Under the pieces are notes generated by a model. That model made no database searches. It was given only the letters and a program-made list of their open reading frames with translations, and was not told the origin of the DNA. Below are positions 9,976 to 22,517 of a stretch of 64,000 bases of DNA, one piece after another. The translations under genes and the position numbers were made by a program. The stretch covers positions 210,460,263 to 210,524,262 of the forward strand of contig NC_052148.1 of the NCBI RefSeq assembly GCF_902713615.1, written 5' to 3'. Every line of letters starts with the position of its first letter. Position 1 is the stretch's first letter. Source of the stretch: Scyliorhinus canicula (lineage: Eukaryota).

Positions 9976-10788
9976 GTCCCAGGAGGTCCAGGCCCCTTGG
10001 GGCGGTTCCCTCATCGATTGGGTCTTTCCCGATCGATACGTTTTGAGCTCCCTTATCCTGGGGTCGTTTCTCGATGGCTGGGGCGGTTCCTAGGGGTCAT
10101 TGTTCTGGTTTCTCTGGCGCCATCCTAGCTGATTAGCTATAGAAAAGTATCGATTGATACTTAAAATGTTTCTATTGCATCTGGGACTGGGCCGGTATCA
10201 CCTCATTAGTATGCAGATCGCTTTCCTATTTGCACCTTTGGCTGTGTTTCTGCAACTGCCTTGAAACCGGTTTTGTACGTGCAAAAATGCTAAATGCTTC
10301 TGCAAGCTGTGTGTCCTTACTATGGCTGTTTTTCCCTGTATTCTTTGTGGTTCTCCATTTTGTAGACTGGTGTCCATCTTAGAGGGCTACACGATCATCT
10401 TGCGTGGGTGCTGTTGCTGGTAGTCACGGATCTTGCTGAGTTGAACTATATAGATTCAACAGGCACTCACTGGTAGCATGTTGTGTTATGCTTCTTCATG
10501 TAGCATAAGCAGCTTCCTTGATGTATGCTTTGACAAAGGAAGGTCCAGACTTTGTAATGAGTTCAATATGTTTATTGAACTATTAACACAGTTCTTAAAT
10601 GAATTCGACTCTCCTGCTAATCTAACTGTAGTAGCTCTGTCTTACTAAACCAGTCTGCTCTAAGCCACGTGTTGGGTGTGATGCTTCTGATCAACCCTGA
10701 TGTACTCTCTGGATGTCTGTCTGTGGACAGAGGCACAGCATGTGTGCCCTGTCCTTTTATATGGGTTGTGTAATGCCCCCTTGTGGTA

Positions 10789-11144
10789 ATCATAGAATCA
10801 TAGAATTTACAGTGCAGAATGAGGCCATTTGGCCCATCGAGTCTGCACCGGCTCTTGGAAACAGCACCTTACCCAAGCCCATACCTCCAACCTATCCCCC
10901 TAAACCAGTAACCCCACCCAACACTAAGGGAAACTTTGGACACTAAGGGCAATTTAGCATTGCCAATCCACCTAACCTGCACATCTTTGGACTGTGGGAG
11001 GAAACCGGAGCACCCGGAGGAAACCCACGCACACACGGGGAGGATGTGCAGACTCCGCACAGACAATGACCTAAGCCGGGAATCGAACCTGGGACCCTGG
11101 AGCTGTGAAGCAACTGTGCTAACCACAATGCTACCGTGCTGCCC
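10789..11144 (-). mobile_element. HE1-like tRNA-derived V-SINE
   Basis: tRNA-like head GGGCAGCACGGTAGC, B box GGTTCGATTCCC, core GGGTTTCCTCCGGGTGCTCCGGTTTCCTCCCAC, (TTCTATGA)n tail. Confidence 0.88.
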
Positions 11145-11209
11145 AAATAAATAACTTCACCTTTCTCCCCATTGAAATTCATCTACCATCTCCCTGCCCA
11201 CTCCATAGT

Positions 11210-11528
11210 ATATCATAGGATATCATAGAACATACAATGCAGAAGGAGGTCATTCGGCCCATCGAGTCTGCACCGACCCACTTAAGCCCTCACTTCCACC
11301 CTATCCCCGTAACCCAATTTTGGACACTAAGGGCAATTTATCATGGCCAATCCACCTAACCTGCTCGTCCTTGGACTGTGGGAGAAAAACGGAGCACCCG
11401 GAGGAAACCCACGCAGACACGGGGAGAACATGCAGACTCAACACAGACAGTGACCCAGCAGGGAATCGAACCTAGGACCCTGGCGCTGTGAAGCCACAGT
11501 GCTATACACTTGTGCTACCATGCTGCCC
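11210..11528 (-). mobile_element. HE1-like SINE
   Basis: Same head, core and tail motifs. Confidence 0.85.
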
Positions 11529-11825
11529 AAACATTATTGTGTCATGTTCATCATTAATTCCAGATCTTGCATTGAGCTTTAAATTCCATCACCTGTCATG
11601 GTGGGAATCGAACCCGATTCCCCAAATCATTATCCTGGGTCTCTAAATAACTAGGCCAGCAGGAAATGCCACAATGCCACAACCTGCTGTCGGCTAAAAT
11701 GCCACCTCTGGATGTCCTGATTATCCATTGGTTGTGTCCTGTTGTAATGACCCAACTAGTGGTTACTTAGTTGCAGTGTATTTACATTAACCCCTTGTGT
11801 ATTTACAGTGATGCATATCACCGCA

Positions 11826-11971
11826 GGAAGGGCCTCGGGTGACATCCTGAGGCCAACCCGACAACGTAGAGCATCCGCAAAACAGCGCCGCCCCTGATTT
11901 TGGCGTAAAAAATGATTCTCAGACCAATCAGTGAACGCGATTTCGCCATCGCCGCTCGGAGAGCCCAGCCC
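11826..11971. mobile_element. One end of a GC-rich MITE, cut off by the Gypsy LTR
   Basis: Terminal GGAGAGCCCAGCCC resembles the TIR family of the MITEs below; it joins L1 RT sequence on the right and the LTR end on the left. Confidence 0.55.
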
Positions 11972-14900
11972 AAAGTATTCACGTGAATGCTGGCAGTAGG
12001 GTCTTTGTACAGCAAATGGATCAATGAGACAAATTTTTGGCTGAATCCAAATATTTCAAGAATCTCAAACAAGTTGTCCCATTCTACCCTGTCAAATGCT
12101 TTCTCTGCTTCTGGAGATAATATCACCTCTGGCTTGGGTGCAGGAGAGGGAAAAAGTATAACATTCAAAAGGCAACGTATATTAGCTGATAACTGATGAC
12201 CCTTTACAAAGCATGTTTGGTTCTCTGAAATTATGCTTCGAAGGCAAGATTCCAACCAGAGCGCCAAAACATTAGTGAGCAGCTTTACATCGACGAGCGA
12301 GATGGGTTAGTATGAGCTGCATGCGGTCGGGTCCTTGACCTTCTTGAGGAGCAAGGAAATAGACGCTTGAGAAAGGGTTGGAGGCAATGAATCGTGGGAT
12401 AAGGAGTCGCTGAACATATCTAACAGCAAAGGCGTACATTGTTCCAAATATTTCTCATAAAACTCGATTGGAAAGCCATCTAGGCCAGAGGCCTTACGAC
12501 CAATGTATTTAAAATCTCATTGTGGTGAAACGTGGAGGTCAACTCACAACTCTTGACTGTTTCAACAGGTGGAATGGGCAGGCTGTCCAGAAAATCAGCC
12601 ACGATCGACTTGTCGATGGGAGGCTCAGATTTATACAGGTCACCGTAGTGGGATATAAAAGCCGCATTGACCTGGAGTTGGGCAGAAACTAAGTTGCCCC
12701 CCGGGTTGAAAACTGGCGGATCTCACCGGAGGTCAATTGCCATTTACGTTGGTGTGCTCGAAGACGACTGGCCTTCTCCCCATATTCGTAGAAAGTACCC
12801 CTGGGGCGCTGTTGCAGACATACAGCCTTATTGGTGGTCAGTAGCTCAAACTGGTCTACACCTTATATCTACTTGCATATAATTTCGATGTGGGATCGAT
12901 TGAGTACTGGTGACCTACGTCTAAAATGGAGTTCACTAGCCTCTGTTGTACTAATTTAGTCATCTTTAGCACGTGTCCTATAAGAAATAATTCTCCTCCT
13001 GAGGACGGCCTTAAGAAACTCCTAAAAACTGGAAGGGGAGACGGAGTCGGATCTATTTAATTTAGTGTAGTCGTCAGTAGAGGTGGACAGGCACTCGCAA
13101 AATTTTGTAGCGGCCAACATAGTAGTATCCAACCTCCAGAGTGGACGTTGGGTGGGGCTGGACTCCAGCAATAAATCAACAAAGTGTGAGGCATGGTCAG
13201 AGATTACAATTCCTGAGTACTCAGCTGCCTCTATCGATAAGAGGAAAGCCCGATCTAGAATGAAAAAAATCAATGTGAGAGTTTGCATGGTAAACGTGCG
13301 AGAAAAAGGAGAAATCTCTCTCATTCAGATGTTAAACGCGACCAGAGTCTACCCTTCCCAGCTGTGCCATGAAGGAAAACAAAGCCCTGGTCACCTCCAA
13401 TGGAACAAAGATTTTGGGTTATGATTGATTCAATGTTAGGTCCAGAACACAGTTCGGGTTGCCCCCGAAGATAAGATGGTATGTGTCAAGGTCGGGAAGG
13501 GAAGACAACAAAGAGTTGATGAAATTCATATCATCCCAATTAGGGGCATAAACGTTAAGCAGAACTATTGGGTGTTCAATAGGGAGTTGCATATGAGTAC
13601 GTATCGACCATTTGGCTCAGCCACAATCTGGGATAAGGATAATTTAACTCTTTTGTTGATTAAAATCGCTGAGCCCCTGGCCCTGCTACTAAAACTAGAA
13701 TGAAAAGCTTGCCCAACCCATCCTTTGTCCAGCGTGGTCTGATCTTGAATGCATTTCTTGTGAAAACAAATATCAGAATTTAGGCTCTTAAGATGCACAA
13801 ATGCTCTCAATCATTTTACAGGGCCATTCAAAGCCCTAATGTTCCAGGTGATCGGTCAGATTGGAGGTCTCCCGGCATCCTGAAAACTGGATCAGCCATT
13901 GCCAAGGAAGGATGTTAAACAAGGGGCACTGCGAAAGCAAAGCAAGATTAACCAAGATGGTCACCAAGTTAAGTCACGAGACTCAACAAAGCGAAACAAG
14001 CAGACACCATCAGTAACTAACACTAAAACACACTCCCCCCGCCCCCCCACCCAACCCAAATACGCCATTGAAGTCGAGCAGATCCACACCCAAAAGCAAA
14101 TGGAACGGTGGCAAACAAAAACTTAACCTCAAACATACAAACAGCAGAACACAACTCAACAAAAACTCTTGACCATTTTTAAAACTATTATGAGCTGCAG
14201 AAGACTCTTTAACATCACTCCCGTTAACTAATATATGTTAGCAGGGAGACTCCCAACTGGGGAGAAAAAAATTATTTAACTTAGAGCGCCACAACGGCGA
14301 CTGGAAGCTGCACCAAATGGTAATAACAAAACGAGAGAAAATAGGTTATTGTAGGGAGCGGACAGTAGAAATTCTTCATATATAACTACGGTCATCAAGA
14401 ATACACCCAAACAACAGACATGAAAAGTGCCCATGCAGTGAGCCATGGATCAGATTAAGCGGAGCACAAATTGTGCTTCTGGACAAAGGAGTCTGCATCT
14501 CCCAACGAGTCAAAAAAATAGTCTTTTTCACAGAATGTTATGTGAAGACCACATGGATAATGAAGTTGACTCCATCGGGTATTCCATTAGACTAAATAGG
14601 GAAGATTTCTTGGTTACGTCTACACTCATGTCCTGGTATAATCTGATAGAGTGGCCTTCCCATGTAAAATCCTGGTGCTCCCTTGCCCATCGAACCATCA
14701 ACTCCTTCTCCTCAAAGCTGTGAAACCTTGTGATTACTGCGCGAGGAGGATCTCCAGTGTGAGGCTTGGGCCAAAACTAACGGTGGGCCCAGTCTAATTC
14801 TGGGGGTCATGGAAGTATGTTCTCACCCACCATTTTGTGAAACATATCTGAGAAATGCTGAATAGGGATGAGGCCTTCTATCCCCTCCAATCAACCACAA

Positions 14901-15424
14901 CACAAACATTTTGCCTTCTGGATCTGTTCTCCAGGCCGTCCAGCTTGGATGTTAATGTCCTGTTATCCTTGATCACAACGGCAAGGTCGGACTTCAAGGA
15001 GGAGATCCTATCATGATAGTCAGACAATGCAGACTCCATGTCCTTGATTATGGCTCCTTGTGCTTCAACTGTCTGGCTGGTGATCTCGAGAGCTGAACGA
15101 ATGAACCAAGGCCTCCTCGATTAATCTTTTAAGATCCAAAGTCCAACATTTGTTGAGTGCTTCGGCCGTTAGTGGGCTGGCTGAATGAGAAGCTGCTGTG
15201 ACCATCTTGCCTCCAGTTGATTTGTGGGAGGTTTCAGTCTGCCATCAAAATTCGGGCCGATGTCCTCCCTTGGACATTGTAAAGATGAAGGAACTCTGCC
15301 CAGTTAATTTCCAGACTTGTTCCAGTAAGTTTCCGGGGTGCCGAGAAAAAGCGTAAAAAGGTCAGGTTTCAGCGGGAGCCATTTTGTGCGTATCTCCCCC
15401 TCAGATCATGCCACCGAAAGTCCC
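11972..15424 (-). mobile_element. Degenerate L1/Tx1-clade LINE (5' end, ORF1, endonuclease, start of RT)
   Basis: RT fragment IISENQTCFVKG...EKAFDRVEW; endonuclease fragments (TWNIRALNGP, RGSAILINK, ISDHA); ORF1-like region at ~14450-15300; many stops. Confidence 0.85.
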
Positions 15425-15587
15425 TCTTTTTTTCTAAAAAGAATTCTGGCTAATCAAAACACACTAGTCTACAGCAGTTAATATGTTGCACCTTTGAAGG
15501 ATACAGGAGATACAGGCCATGATCATACAGCCTCTTCGCCCCCTACTGAGCGCACGTGAGATTTACGATGCTTGGGACACCTCATAA

Positions 15588-15962
15588 GGGGCAGCAGGGT
15601 AGCAAGGGGCAGCAGGGTAGCATGGTGGTTAGCATAAATGCTTCACAGCTCCAGGGTCCCAGGTTCGATTCCCGGCTGGGTCACTGTCTGTGTGGAGTCT
15701 GCACGTCCTCCCCCTGTGTGCGTGGGTTTCCTCCGGGTGCTCCGGTTTCCTCCCACAGTCCAAAGATGTGCGGGTTAGGTGGATTGGCCATGCTAAATTG
15801 CCCGTAGTGTCCTTATAAAAAGTAAGGTTAAGGGGGGGGGGGGTTGTTGCATTACGGGTATAGGGTGAATTCGTGGGTTTGAGTAGGGTGATCATGGCTC
15901 GGCACAACATTGAGGGCCGAAGGGCCTGTTCTGTGCTGTACTGTTCTATGTTCTATGTTCTA
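15588..15962 (+). mobile_element. Young HE1-like SINE subfamily with (GTTCTAT)n tail and duplicated head
   Basis: Near identical to the minus-strand copies at 52294, 58983 and 60050. Confidence 0.9.
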
Positions 15963-16689
15963 TATCTTGTTGATCTCGCGAGACATAGCAATCTGGATTT
16001 CGTCCTGACTGGGCAGGATCCAGATTTGCATATTCAAGTGAGCAGCAAGGTACACTTAAATATGTCTGCGCCGGAGCATCCCAAGGCCTGGAATCAAACC
16101 CCCATACCCAGGAGAACTTGCTGCGGTGCAGTTTAGCCCTGGTATCCACAAAGATGTAATCGCACTGGGGGAGGGGGGGCTTTTGGCAGAGTGGTGGTAC
16201 CCTGGCATCCCCACTACCTTGGCACTGGCACCCTGGCACTTTGATGTGTTCAGCCAGGGGTTGGAGCATTCAGATCGGTGCACGGCGTTGATCCATATTT
16301 TGCCATGACACCCAGTTCTCTGTCCCATTGGTTAATGCGATCCGGGAATCCCGGAACGGAGAATCCCACCCATCGACTTTGAGCTAATAGTGTGAGTCTT
16401 AATCTGAAATCTCCCTCATCAAAGCTGAGGTGCTTATGGTTTAAAAACTCACCAGAAGATCTCAGGTGCGATTCTCCCAAATAATGACTACGGGTGTGAT
16501 TTAACGGAAATGAAGCAGAGACACGTGTTGAGCCCATTTAGCCGGGTGTTACCCAGCACTCGCAGCAACGAGAAAGACGCTGCTACTTAATAGGACTATT
16601 TATTTTGGGGCCCCGCTGAGGCAACACTTAGTCTCATTTCCTGCACAGAGGATCTCCGATTGTCAGTGCAGGAAGAGATCGTGGTGCCA

Positions 16690-16841
16690 TTTAGAGTACC
16701 CAATTAAGCGGCAATTTAGTGTGGCCAATCTGCCTACCCTGTACATTTTTGGATTGTGGGGGCGAAACCCATGCAAATACGGGGAGAATGTGCAAATTCC
16801 ACACGAACAGTGACCCAGAGCCGGGATCGAACCTGGGACCT
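16690..16841 (-). mobile_element. Short SINE fragment
   Basis: B box and V-like core (CAGTGACCCAGAGCCGGGATCGAACC on the plus strand). Confidence 0.7.
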
Positions 16842-17220
16842 CATCATCGGCGGTGCCATTTTTAAATGGCACCCAGTACTCAAGATCCCCCAACATATCC
16901 CCCCGAACCCCCCAACATCACTTATAAGGTGATCATCGAGCCCCCCCCTCCCCCACTTAGTAAAGGCAGCCCCCCTCCAGGTCCGATGCACGGCGTGGGC
17001 AAAACACAACCTGGCACCTTGGCACTGCCAGCCTGGTACCCTGGCAGTGCCTGTGCCTGACTAGCAGTGCTACCTGGGAACCTATAATGGCTAGGATTTA
17101 CATTGCAACATTTCGCAAGATCACATTCAATCTCATGAGGTATTGCTAGTCAGGTAGATCCTGAGAGCGGGGTCACCCGGCTTCTATCGGCCTTGCTGCA
17201 CAGCGGCGAGCTGCTTTTCA

Positions 17221-17382
17221 ATCCACCTACCCTGCACATCTTTGGGGTGTGGGGGTGAAACCCACACAAATACGGGGAGAATGTGCAAACACCACACGGA
17301 CAGTGACCCAGAGCTGGAATCGAACCTGGGACCTCGGCGCCATCAGGCAGCAGTGTAAGCAACTGCACCACTGTGCTGCCCA
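17221..17382 (-). mobile_element. Short SINE, 5' part
   Basis: tRNA-like head GGGCAGCACAGTGG plus B box. Confidence 0.7.
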
Positions 17383-17779
17383 CTACCTTTTTAATGTCAG
17401 ACTATGTTGTCAACTCGGGGGCAGGACAATGAGAAGAGTAATTTTATGCCTCCTAATTTGGATAACACCTATTAAAAGTCAGCAGCACACGTGAATCTCA
17501 TGACACCCGATTTGCATTTGTTTAAAGGTGGTGTGCACCAGCTAGATTTGTGCAATTGTCTGTAAGGTCAGTGGTTTTCCTCATTTAATTCTACAGCACT
17601 AGGAAGGGGAGCAAGAGGATGGCAGTTTGCACGGAGACTCAGACCTGACAAGGGTGAATCAGTGTTAAGGGGGGTGGGTTTGTGGAGTGGAGTCAGGAGC
17701 ATGGAGGAGTGGAGGGGGGATCCAAAGAAAACAAGGGGTGGGGTCATAGAGGAGTGATGTGGGAAGGGGCCTTGTATAC

Positions 17780-20700
17780 ACCCCACGGACATGAGAGATC
17801 AACCCCCCTCTCAAGCATATGGTGTTCCTCCTCCTCGCCAATCAGCTTCGGGGTTTCTCACCTCCCCCTCCAACAAACATAACATGGGCCCTGCCCCCAC
17901 TGGGTTACCCTAGAGGGTCCGCCACAGCACTGCCCCGGCACATGTTGGCACTGCCGGGTTGGAGGTGCCAACCTGTGCCAGGGCAGTATGAGGACATGTT
18001 CCTCTTCCCTCTGGTGTTATACGTACTTTTGTGCCCCTGGGGGATCCCTTCAACTGGTTAGGAGGAGTGGCTGCAGTGGGAATGGTCAATTTAGGTAAGA
18101 AAATGAAAACAAAATGAAAATGATAGGCTTAAAGGATGGCATCAGTGCTGCCCAAATGTATGTCTATCTCACGGTGTTGGCTGGCAGAGTCCTTGCGGGG
18201 CTTTGAGTTCACCTCCAACATTTTACTTATGCCTGCTGAGAGTAATCTTGGATATTGCCCTTTACAATGCGTAGAAGAGTGGGCCGGATGAGCTTGCAGG
18301 TTCTGCCAATTCCCTCCGAGAAGCAAGTACGATACTGGACACTTGCACAATCATTCAATAAAGAATGATTACAAAAACACAGCATTGTTTCATTCCACAA
18401 TAAAGGAAATGTCTCTAATTCCTTTGTAACCATCAATATGTGCCACCTCGTTAGTGCTACATTGTTACTCCATCTCTTTGGGTCATGATGACTGGGCAGG
18501 TTTTAATTTGTGGATGATTGAAAGAAGAAAATCAGAAGGAGGTCGGTGTAAAGGAAGTGGGGGAGGGTTGGAAACAGGAGTTCCATGTTCACAGCATCTG
18601 CAGTTTCTTATTATGTCAGAAAGCAGATGAGGATAAGCTGCGAATTGAGAGGGGGAAAAAGACAGGAAGGTGACATTATCCTCAGAGTGCTTAGTGACAT
18701 TGGATGCCATTGTCTTTGCCACCACCAACCCCATGATGTGGAAAGCCATCTCCTCCATGTGGTTCAGCAGATGCAGGTGTTTATTTATTCCATCGAGCTC
18801 TTTGAGTGTCACCCTTACCTTCATGGAAGAGGGCAGAATATTAGGTGATCATGCGGTTGCTGAATGTATAGATCATAGACTTGCCACAGCTGACTAGCTG
18901 GAGGTATGTGGAGGCAACGAGAGGTAGGTTAGATTCTTGCATGATCAGTTAGTGTGTGAGGGTGAGGTGGAGTATCTGGATGTTTGGTGTTAGCCCTGAG
19001 TGGCAGGGAACTTTTTAAATATCCTTTCTTGGGAAGGCTAGCATTTTGTTGCCCATCCCTAATTGAACTACTGCAGATGGGAAAGTGATAGGGGTGTGGT
19101 GCATTGCGAATTTTGTGAGGTTGGTGGTTTGGTCGGTAGGACATGTTGGAGGTGATTCTGCGCCCACTTCAGCTGTCAGCCAAAACAGTGGTGCAGGCTT
19201 AGAATCTGACGAGAGTCGGGAAATGAGATTCTAACTGGCGACATCTTGTTTCCTTTTTGTTTTTTGGAACTGAATCTACTATTTTATTTTCTGGCTTATT
19301 TCATAGGAAGTGGAAGCAGCTTCATTATACAGTGCACTGTGTGGCTACATGAGCAGGGAGTTTAATTGTAAACCTGCTCACAACATGGGATTTAGAATCT
19401 AGAGAATTCCCTTTATACATTTGACTCTACGAATGGTCTCTTTGGTTTTAAAGGTGACGTTGGCCATTGTTGTGAGTCTCTGGAAAGCTGCCAATATATG
19501 CTGTCCTGGTATGCCTGGGCAACAGGCAACATTCTAGCCACGTTCACATCTTGGTATGAGGGAACCTGACTAACCCTCTCCATAATCTCTGCCCTGGATC
19601 CATTGGTCAGTTTCCCATGGGAGGTGCACTTGTCATCCCCTATTAGGTGACCATTTTGGGCATGTTAGTCTTATTGAAGAAAGCAATATTACTGACTGGG
19701 GGTGGACTATAGGAGCCAGAATGGGGGTGACGTCCCTCCGGAGGAGCTGGGGCTGGTGATGACAGTGTCAACAGAAGTCACAGCTCATGCCCAGCTCTGC
19801 TGGTGCATGTGTGCATACTGCTGTGTCCGTATTGTTTTATCTATTATACCCATGAAATGTGTCGTTCCAGAATGATCAGAATCTCCAGGGTAACCTTGTG
19901 TTGGAGAGATGAGGGATGTTTTTCACAAGATCAACTTTCATGAGAAGGTTTAAGTGGAAGCTTCATTTGTTAGATGGAGGCAGAAGGGCAGAATGAGGAC
20001 ATAATATTTGAGCTCAAAGAAAGGCTGTTGTTAGAGGGGGAGAAACAAAGGCCAGTGCTTTGAGAATGGAGCAGTGGTTGAGGCGTTTGTGGGTGACGTT
20101 TACTGTGGATTCACAGTGAGTGCTCTCCTGATCATATATCTGGAGATGCAATCTGGCTGGACGGCACAGAGGGCCTTTCCAATACCTGCTTGGAGTGGGA
20201 AACAGGATAATAGGAAGCAGACTGACCGCGACCAATCTGAGGAGTTTGGCCATAGTTCAACCCTCCTCGGAAGGCAGAAGAGGATCTTTGGCTGTGATCC
20301 TCTTTTGTCATCACTGTTCCTGGATGCTGGCAAACATTGCTTATTGCACCGGCAATTAGACTGGCTTGCACATGCTGCACAGATCTGCTATCTGGCACTT
20401 CTCCACCCATTACAGGCTGGTGAACTAGGTGACTTTGTGAGGGAGAGATCTCGTTTCCTGACTCTCACCAGTGACGTAACGAGGTTCATGGCAACAAAGG
20501 GGTGAGAATCTCATTTTAATGGAATTGCAAACATTTTAATCTCCTTATCGAAATCCTGCTCTCACTGAATATTCATATTGACGAGGTTTACAACAGGTTT
20601 GGAAAAGTATGAATCAGTCAAATGGATCCCCCCTCCCCCAAGGGTGCACAAGTAAGTATAAATCCAGAGAGGTGGGGCAAGTTGGTGCAGTGGTTAGCAC

Positions 20701-21135
20701 TGCGGCCCAAGGAGCTGAGGACCCTGTTCGATCCTGGCCCCATGTGGAGTTTGCACATTCTCACCCTGCCTGCATGGGTTTCACCCCCACAACCCAAAGA
20801 TGTGCAGGTTGAGTGGATTGGCCATGCTAAATTGCCCCTTAATTGGAAAAAAATAATTGGGTACTCTAAATTTATTTAAAACAGTTTTTTTTAAATAACC
20901 CCAGAGGGAAGAGGAACATGCCCTGGTACTGCCCTAGCACAGGTTGGCATCTTTAACCTGGCAGTGCCAATATCTGCCAGGGCAGTGCTGTGGCGGACCC
21001 TCTAGGGAGACCCATTAGGGTCAGGGTTCATGTTATGTTTGTTGGAGGGGGAGGTGTGAGCCCCAATGCTGATTGGTGATGGAGGAACACCCTATACTTG
21101 TGCAGGGGTGGGGTCTCTCAAGTCTGTGGGGAGGG
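17780..21135. repeat. Pair of ~280-bp inverted repeats (17780-18060 versus ~20610-21135) enclosing about 2.5 kb
   Basis: For example CCCTAGAGGGTCCGCCACAGCACTGCCC versus GGGCAGTGCTGTGGCGGACCCTCTAGGG. The right arm is split by the SINE at 20673. Confidence 0.8.
20673..20893 (+). mobile_element. Short SINE inserted in the right inverted arm
   Basis: SINE head and core; approximate flanking duplication ATAAATCCAGAG / ATAACCCCAGAG. Confidence 0.75.
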
Positions 21136-22336
21136 GGGTGGTTTTCTGTGTTGATCAGGATGCCTTTTTAAAAAAAGAGATCTGTGGAACTAGCATTGCT
21201 GACTCTGTGGAACGGACCTTGCCAGTTCTATCTGGTCCTGCCCCGCCCTGCCACAGTGAAGGCTTAAACCATGGCCCCCCGAATTTCTTTCCCCAGAGTG
21301 GCTCAAAACCTGGACTGAAAATTTGGCTGTACAGCTTGAGAGCTACTTGCCAGGTTTCCGTCAGAGCCTGACGCACTGAAAAAATATGGACAAATTTTGC
21401 CCATCATCTGAAGGTGCATTCACTGACATTTACAACTGGTGACACTGCTGATAGGTTCTTGGGTCCAGACACCAGGAAGTGAGCTCCCTAGCTATCTGCT
21501 CTCATTCCCTTCCGAAGATGGGCCTTGAGAGCCTCCTGGGATCCCTTAGATCCTTGACTTTTCTCTTCCTTTCAACCTCCGCCACTCATGTCTCCAACAG
21601 CATATCCATCAGATTGAAACTGTTTGCCTTTGCCATGGTGTTCCATGTTGCAAATTGCAGCCAAATTATTCAGTGCAATTTTCCTTTTGGACAGACGGCC
21701 TTTAAGAAGAGCAGGTTGGCTGTGCTGGTCTGCCTCTCGCTCAGCTGAACGCATAGGCAGCCAGCCTTATGAGAAGCACTCTAATCTATGCTGCAATCAT
21801 GGTAATGTGGTGAGAACAGCAAATTTATGTCCTGTCCATCTCCGATGGCAGGTCATTAACAGCAATCCTCTGCACTCAGAAAATGAGGCGAGCAAATTGT
21901 TAGCCCACAGTCTCCATGTCTGCATGAACTGGTTGGGCCAAATAGCCTATTTCTGTGCAAAATATTCTATTTCATTAGCATCATCCCTTTAATATGCCAA
22001 TTGTTTTTACCATTGTGTCTAATAAACTTGATCTAGTTCCTTAATAAATTAATGTTAAATGTACGTCTTGATGAAATATAACATATTAAGAATTTATGTG
22101 GGTGACATTACATATTCCACTTGTGGCTCTGGCCTTTCTTGCTCATCAGTTACCAATTGCAGGATATAAATTGCATCAAAAAACCTCAAATCTTTATCTT
22201 TAGCTTTTCACACTTTGATCAATGTGCCAATGCAATATTGAACAAATTTAAAAGCAGCAATGATGAAAAATCATACCGTGGAGTTTTTCACATGCATGTC
22301 TTTTGTAACTGAAGTTATCTGTTTGGCTTTTACCAG

Positions 22337-22517
22337 ATATGCAAATATGATTATGTTGAGATCCGCAGTGGCCTTTCATCAGATTCCAAGCTTCATGGGA
22401 AGTTTTGTGGGACTGAAGTGCCTGAAGTTATAACATCCCAATACAATAATATGAGGATTGAATTCAAATCTGACAATACTGTTTCAAAGAAAGGATTCAA
22501 GGCCCATTTCTTTTCAG
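22337..22517 (+). CDS. TLL1: Tolloid-like protein 1 exon (C-terminal half of CUB3), 181 nt
   Basis: AG/GT boundaries; translates [60 protein letters not shown]; phase-compatible with the next exon. Confidence 0.95.

Larger units (their letters stand above)
531..10391 (-). mobile_element. Full-length endogenous retrovirus-like LTR element (LTR-gag-pro-pol-small TM ORF-LTR), defective; basal/lokiretrovirus-like
   Basis: Two 967-bp direct repeats (531-1497, 9425-10391); 4-bp TSD CGAT at 527-530 and 10392-10395; PBS, PPT and gag, PR, RT, tether, RNase H and IN motifs in retroviral order on the minus strand. Confidence 0.97.
9425..10391 (-). repeat. 5' LTR of the provirus
   Basis: Minus strand TGTAG...CAACA termini; immediately followed by the PBS; flanked by TSD CGAT. 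Confidence 0.96.
10396..11825 (-). mobile_element. Leader, PBS and SINE-interrupted 5' LTR of the older Gypsy element
   Basis: gag ATG at 10398; degenerate PBS (minus TGCTACCAG, ~10470-10478); LTR-like ends CAACA at 10479 and TGCGGTG at 11825; AATAAA and TATA-like motifs; insertion block at ~10789-11697. Confidence 0.65.

Noticed and set aside
531-10391. Classification as a true foamy virus
   Set aside because: The zinc knuckle in Gag, in-frame gag-pol, non-Lys PBS and absence of env contradict it, despite similar PR/RT motifs.
15588-15680. tRNA genes at SINE heads
   Set aside because: The A/B boxes continue into SINE core and tail; they are not standalone cloverleafs.
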